NCBI RefSeq assembly: GCF_009914755.1
Contig: NC_060932.1
Reading direction: 5' to 3' (one strand)
DNA length: 64,000 bases
Origin: the human T2T-CHM13v2.0 reference genome, Homo sapiens
Below the pieces are notes generated by a model that worked only from the letters and a program-made list of their open reading frames with translations, had not been told where the DNA came from and did not search any database. A program made the translations under genes and the position numbers. Shown piece after piece: positions 1-11,284 of this stretch (position 1 is its first letter; each line of letters opens with the position of its first letter).

Positions 1-942
1 GCGCGGCTGGTTTTATTTCCTCTGGATGAATAACACGGGGCCCTGGTCTATCTCTAGGCACCAGAAAATCCACATCCGAGGATCAGGTTATCCCCAGTCC
101 CACCCTTTGCAGGAAAAAACCAGGGTGTTGTTCCCCGCCCCCACGCGCGCGCGCGCACACACACATGCACGCGCGCACACACACACCATCTTCACAACCC
201 TTCCAAGAGAAAACCTAGAGTGTGTGTCCGTTTGGGTCTGGGAGGGCAGGATACAGTTATTTCGGGGGCCCCAATCTTGCCTTTAGGCTCAGCTGGGAGA
301 AGGCGGGGCCCCTGCAAGGCTGCCCGGGAACTTCGGCCCCGCGCCCCGCGGGAGGGCTAAGAGAGGGCACGCACACCTTTACCAGCTTCGGAACGGCCCA
401 ATTAATAACTAATTTGCTCAGATACCCCACTCCAAGTAGACCTGACAGCCAAGGAGGGACTGGCTTTCCCTCTCAGTCTCCTAGGCTAGGGGACTCCTTC
501 CTGCGAGCGGGCAGAGCCCCCACTTCCTCCCCACCACCGCGCCAGGCGCCCCCACCCCGTGCCCGGGGGAATCAGGTGTCCTCCCGGGCATCCAGCCCCC
601 GCGGGTCCCAGACACTTACTTCAGGGACAGACAATGGGAAAACTTGCAGCCAGTGCCTTGAGCCCCCGAGGGAAAGAAATGGTGCCGCCCCCTGGGACAA
701 TGAGCGGGGGAGATGGCGTGGGACAGCAGACACCCCCCAGAGAAGCCACCCGCCCAGTGACCCCGCAGAGCCCGGAGCAGCGCCCCGGGTGAGCAGGTGA
801 CACTCCGGCCGGGAGCTCCCGCAGGTGGCCGGTGGCCACACTGCAGGGAAGGGCCGGGTGCCCGGCCCGGGGTGGAGGCGAAGCGCGGCGGCGAGGTCAG
901 AGCGCGGCGGCCGGCGCCGCAGCCGCACCCCCGGCGTCCTAC
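1..942 (-). other. MTSS1: Start of MTSS1 intron 1 (5' splice site AAG|GTAGGA)
   Basis: Canonical donor directly after the Lys24 codon; downstream translation has no MTSS1 similarity. Confidence 0.88.
142..186. repeat. Alternating purine-pyrimidine tract (CG)n/(CA)n
   Basis: cacgcgcgcgcgcgcacacacacatgcacgcgcgcacacacacac, 45 bp with unbroken alternation. Confidence 0.9.
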
Positions 943-1014
943 CTTCATGTCGCTGATGATGGTCTGGAAGAGGCCTCCGAGCGCGCTGCATTCCTTCTCA
1001 ATCACAGCCTCCAT
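943..1014 (-). CDS. MTSS1: First coding exon of MTSS1 (I-BAR/IMD domain protein MIM); 24 codons, gene continues beyond the window start
   Basis: Minus strand reads GGGAAA ATG GAG GCT...ATG AAG|GTAGG = MEAVIEKECSALGGLFQTIISDMK, the recognised MTSS1 N-terminus. Strong Kozak context (A-3, G+4), phase-0 GT donor at 942-941, inside a CpG island. Confidence 0.96.
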
Positions 1015-1232
1015 TTTCCCGGCTCCGGCAGGGCGAGGGCACACACGCGGGGCCGCTGGACTGCGCGCGGGGCCGGGGCTCGCTCACCCCAGAAGGAATT
1101 TCACCTTCCGAGAGACCCACCTCGGACTCGCAGCCTCTTCTGCAGCGAGGACGGGGTGCACCAGACCGACTGTTCTCTGCCCAAAATAATAACAGTAATT
1201 TAAAAAGCCAAACCGCTCTGTAGGGTATTCGC

Positions 1233-1328
1233 CTACAAGCAGCGCTCGGCTCCTGGCCTTAAAAATGCCGGGAGAAGACTGACAATCAGGCCACCACTGG
1301 TGCCCACTACGGAAACGGCAAAGCCCAT
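1233..1328 (-). other. Upstream ORF 2 in the MTSS1 leader (31 aa, MGFAVSVVGTSGGLIVSLLPAFLRPGAERCL)
   Basis: ATG at 1328-1326 in strong context AAG ATG G; TAG at 1235-1233. Confidence 0.6.
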
Positions 1329-1372
1329 CTTGATGCAGAGAAAATCGCCCGCTGACCCGGGGCCAGCGCCAT
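1307..1372 (-). other. Upstream ORF 1 in the MTSS1 leader (21 aa, MALAPGQRAIFSASRWALPFP)
   Basis: ATG at 1372-1370 and TAG at 1309-1307, read directly; context TCA ATG G. Confidence 0.55.
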
Positions 1373-2924
1373 TGAAAAACGCAAGATTTTCCAATTTAAT
1401 AAATTTTTCTGCAATTAAAAAAAAATCGCCCAACAGCAGAGCGGGTCAGCTCGCGGCGTCCGGATCTGTTGCTCGCAGCTGCGGCCGCCGCCTCCTTTTC
1501 ACTCCTGCGCGCCCGGCCCCGGCGCTCGCTCTGGCTGGGCTCCCGGGGACGTTCGGAGGGGCGCACGCGCGCTCGCGGCCGTGCCCGCCAAGCGGAGGCG
1601 CGCTCTCGCGGCCGTGCGGCCGCCGCACGCGGGCGGGGCTGGGAGCGCGCGCCCGAGAGGCGCGTGGGGCACCCGCCGCAAAGAGGAGCCTGCTGGTCTG
1701 CTGGCGGGCAGGCGGCACTGGGCCGGAGCCTCTCCCTCCGGTGCGCACAGCGCACCCTCTCCTCCCCCGGCCGCCCGTCGCAGCGCGGAGAGGGCGTGTC
1801 GGCACCCTGCCTGGCGAGCGCCCACCCTACAATGGCTGCGAGCGCGCGGGACGGAGGGTGCACCGCCGCTCCCCGGGGACTTGCACGGGTGGCGCGCCTA
1901 GCCCAGAGCCCGCTTGTAGTGAGCGCTCAGTAGGGCGGGAAAGCTGCTGCCGCTACTGCGGCCTTCTGAGAAGACGCCCATTCTCTGATGTCAGGACTGC
2001 ATCGCCGAGTCCTGATTGCAAATAGCGAAATATATAATTAAGGAGAGTTCGGGGGCGTATCCTGCAATGGGATGCCGAGTTCGATAAAGTTGCAGGATGC
2101 TGGGAAAGTGGATTGATTTGCTGTTGCTAAATGAATGGAAACAGCGTTAGAGCTTCTGTCCACGATCCATCAGTCTATCGAGATTGCTGATTGCCTATGA
2201 CTTGGACGGTTGATGGTTTTCAGGCCCACTGAGAGCAGCCAGCGTTGGTATAACCGCAGGGAGCCCTCCTGGGAGGTTGAACCTGCAGAGCGCAAATGTG
2301 CCCAGGTTGATTTGGGGCCTAGTGGTCCATTTTCACAGCTCCACTGCCTATCTGCATAACCAGGAGCCCTCATTCAGATGAACGCCAAATGGGCCAGAGG
2401 GAGGAGAATCAAATGAGCAACTTTTAAAAGATATTAAGACATAGGCACCTAACTCCGGACAGTTCCTTTAACCCTTGAGCTAACCATTTGAAGCACAAAA
2501 CATAACAAAAGAAAAGACTGGGGGGAGTGGGGCCAAAAGAAACCAAGTGCAAAATTCTGTACACTTGTGTCAGATTCACTCCGTAATGGGAAAAGGTCTG
2601 GCTTTGAAAACTTTATGGATCAAAGGGATGCATGGAGTTACACAGCACAGCTGCAGAAGATAATGTTCCCCTGGATCACTCTGCCCAACTCTTAACTGCA
2701 ACCCACCTTCCCCATCCGTCTCCCCGAAATCACCCGGAAGGGTGTTACCTTCAGGAAGTAACTGATCTCTTGATCACCCCTGCTGGATCCTGTCCCCAAG
2801 GGCGTTCGAATGCATCCGACTCATCTTCACCTTGCCAATAACGGGTGCTTGACACATCGTTTGCTGCCAATCATTATTGTGATTTTAATACTATTGGTAT
2901 TCTAACTATCAAGATGACTGCTTG

Positions 2925-3150
2925 TAGAGCCAGATTGCCTGGATTCAAACTCCAGTTCACAACCTACTAACTGTATGCCTTTGGGTATGTTACTTAACCT
3001 TTCTGGGCCTCAGTTTCCTCATCCATCTGTAAATGGGGATAATGATGGCTTCTACCTGATAGGGCTGTTCTGAACATTACATGAGCTGATCGATGAAAGC
3101 ACTTCAAGTGGTACCTGGCATCTCATAAGTAATCATTCGATAAATCTTAT
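2925..3150 (+). mobile_element. MIR SINE
   Basis: Core gttacttaacctttctgggcctcagtttcctcatc...tgtaaatggggataat. Confidence 0.8.
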
Positions 3151-3631
3151 CAACAGAAGAAGCAGGGATGAGGCCAAGGCTCAGGTCCAGCCCTGGCCCC
3201 ATTTCACTTCTGTAACATTGGTGTGCTGTCCCAGGCACATTGCTGAGGGTCTACTGTGTGCATTCTGGGCATTTTATACGTATTATGTCTACTTGAAGGA
3301 AATTATCATTCTGGTCCTTGTTGCACTGTTGGAAGGAATCCAACCCTGGTTTTCTGACTTCCATGCCCCAGGTCTCTCTTTTACCCAGCCTCCTGAACTC
3401 CTGGGATAAGGGGCCTTAGCCCAGTGGACACTTGGTCTAGCTTTCCTGCCACATGCTTAAATTTCAATGCCCCAAATACCCCAACTTTAGCAATGTTTGC
3501 CAAAGCATACCTCTCTTGTGGCCTTTTTCCCTGGGCCTGACCACCAGGCCCTTGTCTCTCATGAGAACTCCTTGAAAGGGAGGCTGGAAAAGTGTTCCCA
3601 GATGCAGGAAAGTGGGAGTGACACCTGGCAA

Positions 3632-3858
3632 TTTTTTTTTTTTTTTTTTTTTGAGACAGGGCCTCACTCTGTCACCCAGGCTGGAGAGCAGTAGCGCGAT
3701 CTCGGCTCACTGCAACCTCCACCTCTCAGGTTCAAGCGATTCTCCTGCCTCAGCCTCCATGTTGGTCAGGCTGGTCTCGAACTCCTGACCTCAGATGATC
3801 TACCCGCCTCGGCCTCCCAAAGTACTGGGATTACAGGCGTGAGCCATTGTGCCTGGCC
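3632..3858 (-). mobile_element. Alu (AluS-like) with internal deletion
   Basis: Poly-T then Alu antisense; jumps from cagcctcc to atgttggtcagg, losing the middle A-rich linker. Confidence 0.9.
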
Positions 3859-5314
3859 AGCTGTCATACATTCTTTCCTTGTTTTCAGATTCTCCTTTGT
3901 TTCTGGCTGTTGGGGACTTCCCTTCTTTTAGACTGGCTCTGCATATATTTAAAGAGATTCTGATTACATTTTACCAACTGTGTCTACGTGGCTATGGCAG
4001 GAGGGGTTTCAGGTTATAGAATCTGCCTCTGCGACAATAGGGTGTCCCGTTTTTGTTGTTTACATGATGAAATGTTGGGTTTTGTGTAATGTATAATATT
4101 TTACACTTTTAGGTAAACTCAGATGCCTCTGATGGATTCGAAATAACCAGATATATTTCTGAATTGCTTCATATGGTATGTAAACTTAAGGTTTTCTAAA
4201 CTAATATCTTTTTCATGCTCTTTTATTGCTACTCTGACCAGACCCTTATCTTACTTATAAAATATATATTTTTCTCATCATGCTTATATGGTACAGAAAG
4301 AGCTAAGCCCCAGAAATACTGTTAATGAGAGGGAGATCAGGTCCTGGACAGTCTTGGTTTATAACTTGCAGCAGGGATATCTGTTCCCCTGAGAGCCCAG
4401 TTCTCCATATCAAGGCACTGCAGAAGTCAAATTAGTAGTCAGCAGGCAGCTTGGGAGCACATAAACAAAGCAAAGGAGATTGGATGCTCCTGGGAGGACA
4501 GGCGTGGTTTGGTACAAAGCAGGTGCTCAAGAAATGTCTCAGGAATGGAACCCAACCAGGTTCCTACCCCACTAGAGAGCAGACACGATGTCTTGGCGAC
4601 CTAGAACCATCAGATACAGCCTCTCTTCCTCAAACAGTCCTGGAGAAATACAAAATATTATGACTTCTTTCCCCTTTCGGATCTTCCAACCCCGCTATTT
4701 GACTCCCATGATTGGAAGCTACAAACTGGCCTGCAGAGGAGTTTTTAAAATTGGAAAATCTAAAAAAAAAAAAAATAAAAAATTGGGAAATCTAAAAATA
4801 TTTAGAAGTTGGGAAACTTCACCTCAAGGAACAAAGTTTCAGCACTTCCAGGAAGATAGGAACATGTGGCAATTCAGGGCTCACATTCCCACCTGGCCTA
4901 GGCCTGGGGGACAGCTGGTCCGTGGGGGGAGAACTTGCTCTTTACGCTCCCCGCCACCCCCCTTCAGCCTTGCTACTAATCAGTTCATCACCTTTCATTG
5001 GTTTCCTGCCCCAGTGACACATTCTGGACATTAGGGTTATATTTCGGCATTTTTCAGCCTGCCATCCACAAAACACATACAAAACATCTCTTAGGGTGAG
5101 TCAATGTGACAGATATTTTTAATTGATCCTCGCTAATTTCATTTTCAAAAGGGGCCTGTTTCTAAATGGGAACTTTTATATGCTGATAACTCCCGAATTT
5201 GTCTAAAGAATTTAATGACTCGATCAGAAAGAATTCTGTTTATAGGTGACCAGGGCGAGCTTAAGCCAATTTTGTTTCATAGATGAGCTATGGTAATGAT
5301 AAATATACAAATAA

Positions 5315-5525
5315 CTAACCTTTAGTGTATACTTACTGTGTGCCAAGTACTATCTTAAGTAATCTCACTCAATCCTCACAAAGCCTTAGGAGTTAGCACT
5401 TCGATTATCCTTATTTTACAGATGAAGAAACTGAGGCACAGAAGGTGGGTCAGGAGGGAGGAAGCAAAAGAGCTAGAATTCAAACATAGCAGCATGACTT
5501 CGAGCCCACTGTCTTAACCACTTCA
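5315..5525 (-). mobile_element. MIR SINE
   Basis: attttacagatgaagaaactgaggcacaga core, antisense. Confidence 0.8.
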
Positions 5526-5674
5526 GATAACTGCCTCTAATGCAAAGACCCCTCTCGAAGGTCAGAAGTTTCACAAACACTGCCTTAAGTCTCATGGCTA
5601 ACTGGGAGGCCCCACAGAGCAACGTGGCTGTGCATTAGACTCACCTGAGGAGCTTTTAAAACATACCTAAGCTT

Positions 5675-5988
<314 letters not shown>

Positions 5989-6428
5989 CCCAAGCTTGAA
6001 GCAAATACCATAATGGGGTAACATTTGGGAAATCTAATGAAGGGGAAATGAGATATCTTTGTACTATTCTTGCAACATTTCTATAAGTCTGAAATTATGT
6101 CAAAATAAAAAATTAAAAGAAAAAAGAATGAATTAGAATAATATTCATTGACCTGGAGGGATTTCTGCAGAAATTATTGTCTTCATAGTAAGATCCAGAA
6201 AAGTATGTGTTATGTGATCCTGCTTCTGTAAAACAAACACTAACAAAATCCATCCACACACACCCATTCACATATGCACGTGCATCTGTATGTCTTTATG
6301 TGATAATGGAATAAAACATGCATGATACATTTTTAAAAATTCCATAGCCAACCTCTGCCAGAGGTTCTTCTTGAATTGTTTAGGAGTAGAACCTGGTCCT
6401 GGGTACTTTCTTTCAAAGTTTCCTAGAT

Positions 6429-6600
6429 CAGTGTTCTTAATGTTGCCACACATTTGAATCACCTGGGAAGCTCTGAAACAGCCTGATGGCCAGATGACAG
6501 CCCAGGACAATTAAATCAGATTCACTGGGAATGGAGCCCAGGTATGGATGTTTTAAAATTCCCAAGGGGATTCCAATGTACAGCCAATTTGAGGACGAGG
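6429..6600. mobile_element. MER5-type hAT-Charlie MITE (further fragments at 6340-6425 and 5615-5670)
   Basis: gaatcacctgggaagct...aaatcagattcactgggaatggagcccagg...gattccaatgtacagcca motifs. Confidence 0.65.
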
Positions 6601-6982
6601 CAAGGTCCTTTGAGCAGCCAGAGTTGAGAATCACTCCTGAGGAACAAGGGAACTCATGTGTGTAGCCCCTACTATGTGATAGGCCTTTGACATCCACTTT
6701 AATCCTAGGAATAGCCAGTGAGGTAGGAACTCCCAAGGAAATAGAGGCTGGCTCCAGAGATCAGATAGCCTGCCAGAGGTCACAGAACTACAAGAAGGCA
6801 GTGCACACTCTAACCCCATCATCCACTGGGCAGTTTGGCAGGAAGCGGGGAGGGGAGTTGTTTTGGGAAGACTTCACTGACTCTCAATCTCTCTTCTCCA
6901 AGACCACAGGGGTTGAAATTTGTCTAATAGAGATTCTTTCCTTTGGGTTCCTCCTCATAGGAGCTATTAAAAACAATAACAA

Positions 6983-7280
6983 GCCTGGCACGGTGGCTCA
7001 CACCTGTAATCCCAGCACTTTGGGAAGCCGAGGCGGGTGGGTAACGAGGTCAGGAGTTCGAGACCAGCCTGGCTAATGTGGTGAAACCCCATCTCTACTG
7101 AAAATACAAAAATTAGCTGAGCATGGTGGCGGATGCCTGTAATCCCAGCTACTCAGGAGGCCGAGGCAGAGAATTGCTTGAACCCAGGAGGCAGAGGTTG
7201 CAGTGAGCCAAGATCATACCACTGCACTTCAGCCTGGGCAACAGAGTGAGACTCCATCTCAAAAAAATAAAAATAAAAAA
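6983..7280 (+). mobile_element. Alu (AluS-like)
   Basis: Full-length Alu with A tail. Confidence 0.92.
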
Positions 7281-7501
7281 TATAACAACAAATAGTCATG
7301 AAAGGAGTTGCATGTTAACAGGATCTTGATGTCTGCCCAGTGAGTGCTTGATGTTTTGAAAGGAGGGGAATGTCAGAAAGATGCTCAAATATGGGACAAG
7401 AATCTAATTTAAAGGGGTAGGTCTGATTTTTTGTCATTTTCGTGCTCAAAATCCCTTCCTTCACCAGCCTCATCCCAGGCCTTATTGAAAGTTCCAGGTG
7501 T

Positions 7502-7820
<319 letters not shown>

Positions 7821-8229
7821 TGTATGACAGCTGATGCTTTAATTGCCCCAGGAGGAGTCCTTGGTTTCAATAATCCAAGGGCTTGGCCTGCGTGTTCACC
7901 CCCAAGGAGGACCAGAGAAAGAGTCCCTAGTCCCATGCAAGTCAGGGATGTGCCACTGAGAGCCACCGACAGAGCTGGACACCCCATAACTGCTGCACTT
8001 CAAGGGCAAGTGGACGAGAAACAATCTGCCCACCAGGACAGGTGGCCGACACAGCAGCCTGGCAGTCTTAGTCTGGGATCTGGGTAGAAGTGAAAAGCAT
8101 TCAGTGAAAAATTTGTGACAGAGGCCTGCACCACAGCTGCATTTGGGGGTTTCAGTTTGCCATATCTTAAATGGATCCAAAATACTTGAAATGAAAATTA
8201 CTGTGAAAAATTGTTACTGGTCTAAAATA

Positions 8230-8885
8230 ATCCTGGGTAACCCAGAAGCAAATGAGAAATGGCTCTGAGGGGATCCACCCTCAATCAAGTCCTCACAAGA
8301 TTCCTGCAGAAAGCCTCCTGGAATGAGCTTAGGATTCAAAACTATAAAGAACTGATCAATACAAGGCCACAGTGCACTCATCACACTCAAGAATCAGCAA
8401 ACTCCCAGCAGGGCTGAACCCACAAGAACTGAAGCTAATCCATCAATCTGATAGAGGTAAGCAAATTTAAAATAATTCAAATATAAAAGAAGGACACAAA
8501 AACTGACACTATGAAAAGAGAAAAGCATCGTGAAAAAGGAATCAAAGAAAGCCTAGAAACGAAAATTACAGTCACTGGAATTACCATGTATATTTGAACT
8601 ATATATGGACAAGTTAGAGAACTGAATAGACATGGAGCTGAAAAGGGAATTTTTTAAATCAGAAAGTTCAGAAGGAAGCCCAGAAATAAAGAAATATTAA
8701 TAGAAAATAGACAAAAGAGGTTAGGAGACATGGAGGACATGAGAATACAGCATATTGCTAGTTCAAGAGAAAATGGGGAAGGGGAACAGATAGTCCAAGA
8801 GATATTGCCTGAGAATTTTGTAGAGGTGAAATGCATCAATCCTCAGTTTTAGGGAGCACAGCAAGTTCTGAACAAGATAAGCCAA
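8230..8885 (+). mobile_element. Ancient L1 ORF1-region fragment (L1M/HAL1-like)
   Basis: A-rich degenerate sequence with L1 ORF1-like motifs (gagaattttgtagaggtga...aatcctcag...gagcacagcaagttctgaacaagataa). Confidence 0.55.
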
Positions 8886-9709
8886 ATGAATTGATTTTTT
8901 TTCATACTGAATTATCATACTGCAAATTGTAATTTGCCGTATATACTTATTTCTTTCAGAGTGTCAAAGAAAACTCCTTATAATAAAAAAAAAGAAAATT
9001 GTATTTGTTGTAACATCCTTGTTGCTGGGGGGTGTAGTAAAATCATTTATTTGCAGGATTTGGCGTAACAGAAATCTGCAGAAACAGGAGAGTCGGCGCA
9101 ACGGCCCTTTGGAAGATATCTAGCAGGATCACTGTGCCGACCACACCCTTCCTTTCAAATTTATCTTTCATGCTGCTTTTCTGGAGTTTTGTGTCTATAG
9201 GGTACAGGCAGGAAACAGATGGCCCACTCAAACTGGGTAAGAAGGAAGTTTAAGAAAGAGACTATTTGCACGGACATGGGCAGGGTGTAGGGAACACCAT
9301 GGATGGTGCAGCTCTGGGGTCCAGCAATGGTGAGAAGCCATCACCACCCCTGCCAGGAGAGGGCAAGAAGAGGGGGTAAGCTGGAACCCAGAGAGCCAGC
9401 TGCGTGGAGGGGGCTGAGTGTGGCAAGAGCTGTGGCCCTCTGAAGGGCCCTGCAACCAACCTGGATGGCAAGAATCAAACTCCAACAGACATTTGTCCAC
9501 AGAGTCCTGGTTTGCTCCCATCGCTCTTTCTCAAAAGTACCACAGTTTGGACAATAAATGGGTTGATCACTTGTACAAAGGTGCCTGTTGGTACAGTCCA
9601 TACAGAACAGCTTTCTGACAAAGCGAAGCAGGGGAGGTTGGAGAGTGAATTGGGGCTCAGGGGAGCAATGGAAAATATTCAGCATGAACGTCGACTGCTC
9701 AGTAGTAAA

Positions 9710-10167
9710 TGTCTTTTTGTTTTTTTGTTTTTTTGAGACAAGATCTAGCTCTGTCACCCAGGCTGGAGTGCAGTGGCACGATCTCGGCTCAGGCCCAAGA
9801 CAGCCTCCCACCTCAGCCTCCTGAGTAGCTGGGACTACAGGCGTGCACCACCATGCACAGCTAGTTTTTGTATTTTTTGTAGAGATGTGGTTTTGCCATT
9901 TGCCCAGGCTGGTCTTGAACTACTGAGCTCAACTTAACTGAGCCTGCAGCAGTTACTGAATGCCCAAGAGAACAATGGCAGTAGTGGGGGGTGGCAGGGG
10001 AACAGAGGGGCAGGGGGATTCTTCTTGACAAGAAACTGTTAGATTCTCTCTTTAGATTTTCACTAAGGAAGACTTGGCTTGTGGTCACAGGGGTGAATTT
10101 AGGCTTCTGAGCCAGGAGACATTTAATCTGCCTGCCTCCCAAAGTGCTAGGATTACAGGCATGAGCG
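9710..10167 (-). mobile_element. Alu (AluJ-like) interrupted by a ~190-bp templated insertion (9933-10125)
   Basis: Alu runs to ...actgagctcaa and resumes at atctgcctgcctcccaaagtgct. Confidence 0.88.
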
Positions 10168-10196
10168 CTAGGGTTAAAAAAAGACTGGCTATGTCG

Positions 10197-10803
10197 TTTT
10201 AATTAAACCAGCTTTATTGAGATATAATTCACATACCATAAAATGCACCCTTTTAAAGTGCAAAATTCAGTGATTTTTAATATATTCACAGTTGTGCAAA
10301 TATCACCACAATCAATTTTAGAACACTTTTATCACCCCTCAAACCAGCCCCCTACCTATTAGCAGTCACTCTCCATTTCCCCACAACCTCCCTTTTCCCT
10401 AACCCTACATAACCACTAATCTACTCTGTCTCTATGGATTTGCCTATTCTGGACATTTCATATAAATGAATCATACAATATGTGGCATTTTTTATCTGGT
10501 TCGTTTCACTTAGCATACTGGTCTCAAGGTTTATCCATGCAGTAGTGTGGATCGATACTTTTTTTTTATGGCTGAATAATATTTCATTATATGGTTATAT
10601 CACATCTTGTTTATTCGTCAGTTGATGGATATTTGAGTTGTTTCTACTTCTTGGCTGTTACTGATAAAGATGCTATGAACCCTTGGGTGAGTTTCTGTGT
10701 GGGTATGTTTTCAATTCTCTTGGATATATACCTATAGTGGAATTGCTGGGTTATGTGGAAAATCTATGTGTATCCTTTTGAGGAACTTCCAGAGTGTTTT
10801 CCC
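10197..10803 (-). mobile_element. L1MB-type 3' end fragment
   Basis: agctttattgagatataattcacataccata...ctctatggatttgcctattctggacatttcatataaatg. Confidence 0.85.
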
Positions 10804-10825
10804 ATAAGTAGTTTTTTATTTCTTA

Positions 10826-10915
10826 TAATTCATAAGGTTTTTTACAGCATGAAATAACTGGTGTAGTCATTAATTCATAAGGTTTTTTACAGTATGAACT
10901 AACTGGTAGAGTCAT
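10826..10915. repeat. Tandem duplication, 45 bp x2
   Basis: taattcataaggttttttacag(c/t)atgaa(a/c)taactggt..agtcat occurs twice. Confidence 0.9.
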
Positions 10916-10974
10916 TGTCCATCTGTTTGTAACAGTTGACACCATCCATCCACATAAAAAGATTTGGCTGCTGT

Positions 10975-11284
10975 GACTGGGCACGGTGGCTCACGCCTGT
11001 AATCCCAGCACTTTGGGAGGCCGAGGCAGGCGGATCATGAGGTCAGGAGATCAAGACCATCCTGGCTAACACAGTGAAACCCTATCTCTACTAAAAATAC
11101 AAAAAATTAGCCAAGTGTGGTGGCGGGTGCCTATAGTCCCTGCTACTCAGGAGGCTGAGGTAGGAGAATGGCATGAACCTGGGAGGCGGAGCTTGCAGCT
11201 TGCAGTGAGCCAAGATCGTGCCACTGTACTCCAGCCTGGGCGACAGAGCAAGACTCTGTCTCAAAAAAAAAAAAAAAAAAAAAA
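10975..11284 (+). mobile_element. Alu (AluY-like)
   Basis: gagaccatcctggctaacac-type and ggagaatggcatgaacc diagnostics; long A tail; TSD ttggctgctgt. Confidence 0.92.

Larger units (their letters stand above)
1015..1550 (-). other. MTSS1: MTSS1 5' UTR portion of exon 1 (TSS position approximate)
   Basis: Contiguous with the ATG inside the CpG island; the upstream limit is inferred, not visible in the sequence. Confidence 0.6.
1..2090. promoter_or_regulatory. CpG island / GC-rich promoter of MTSS1
   Basis: Very high GC and CpG density versus the CpG-depleted remainder; GC boxes such as GGGGCGGGG near 1630 and many GCGCGC runs. Confidence 0.9.

Noticed and set aside
616-942. Continuation of the MTSS1 reading frame past Lys24
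   Set aside because: Read-through beyond the GT splice donor into intron 1.
1300-2025. 241-aa plus-strand ORF and other long ORFs within 26-2025
   Set aside because: Arg/Pro/Gly/Ala-rich low-complexity translations expected from stop-poor CpG-island DNA; non-ATG start and no recognisable domain.
2040-2100. tRNA-like appearance (GTTCG B-box-like motifs and a hairpin)
   Set aside because: No cloverleaf, acceptor stem or properly spaced A box.
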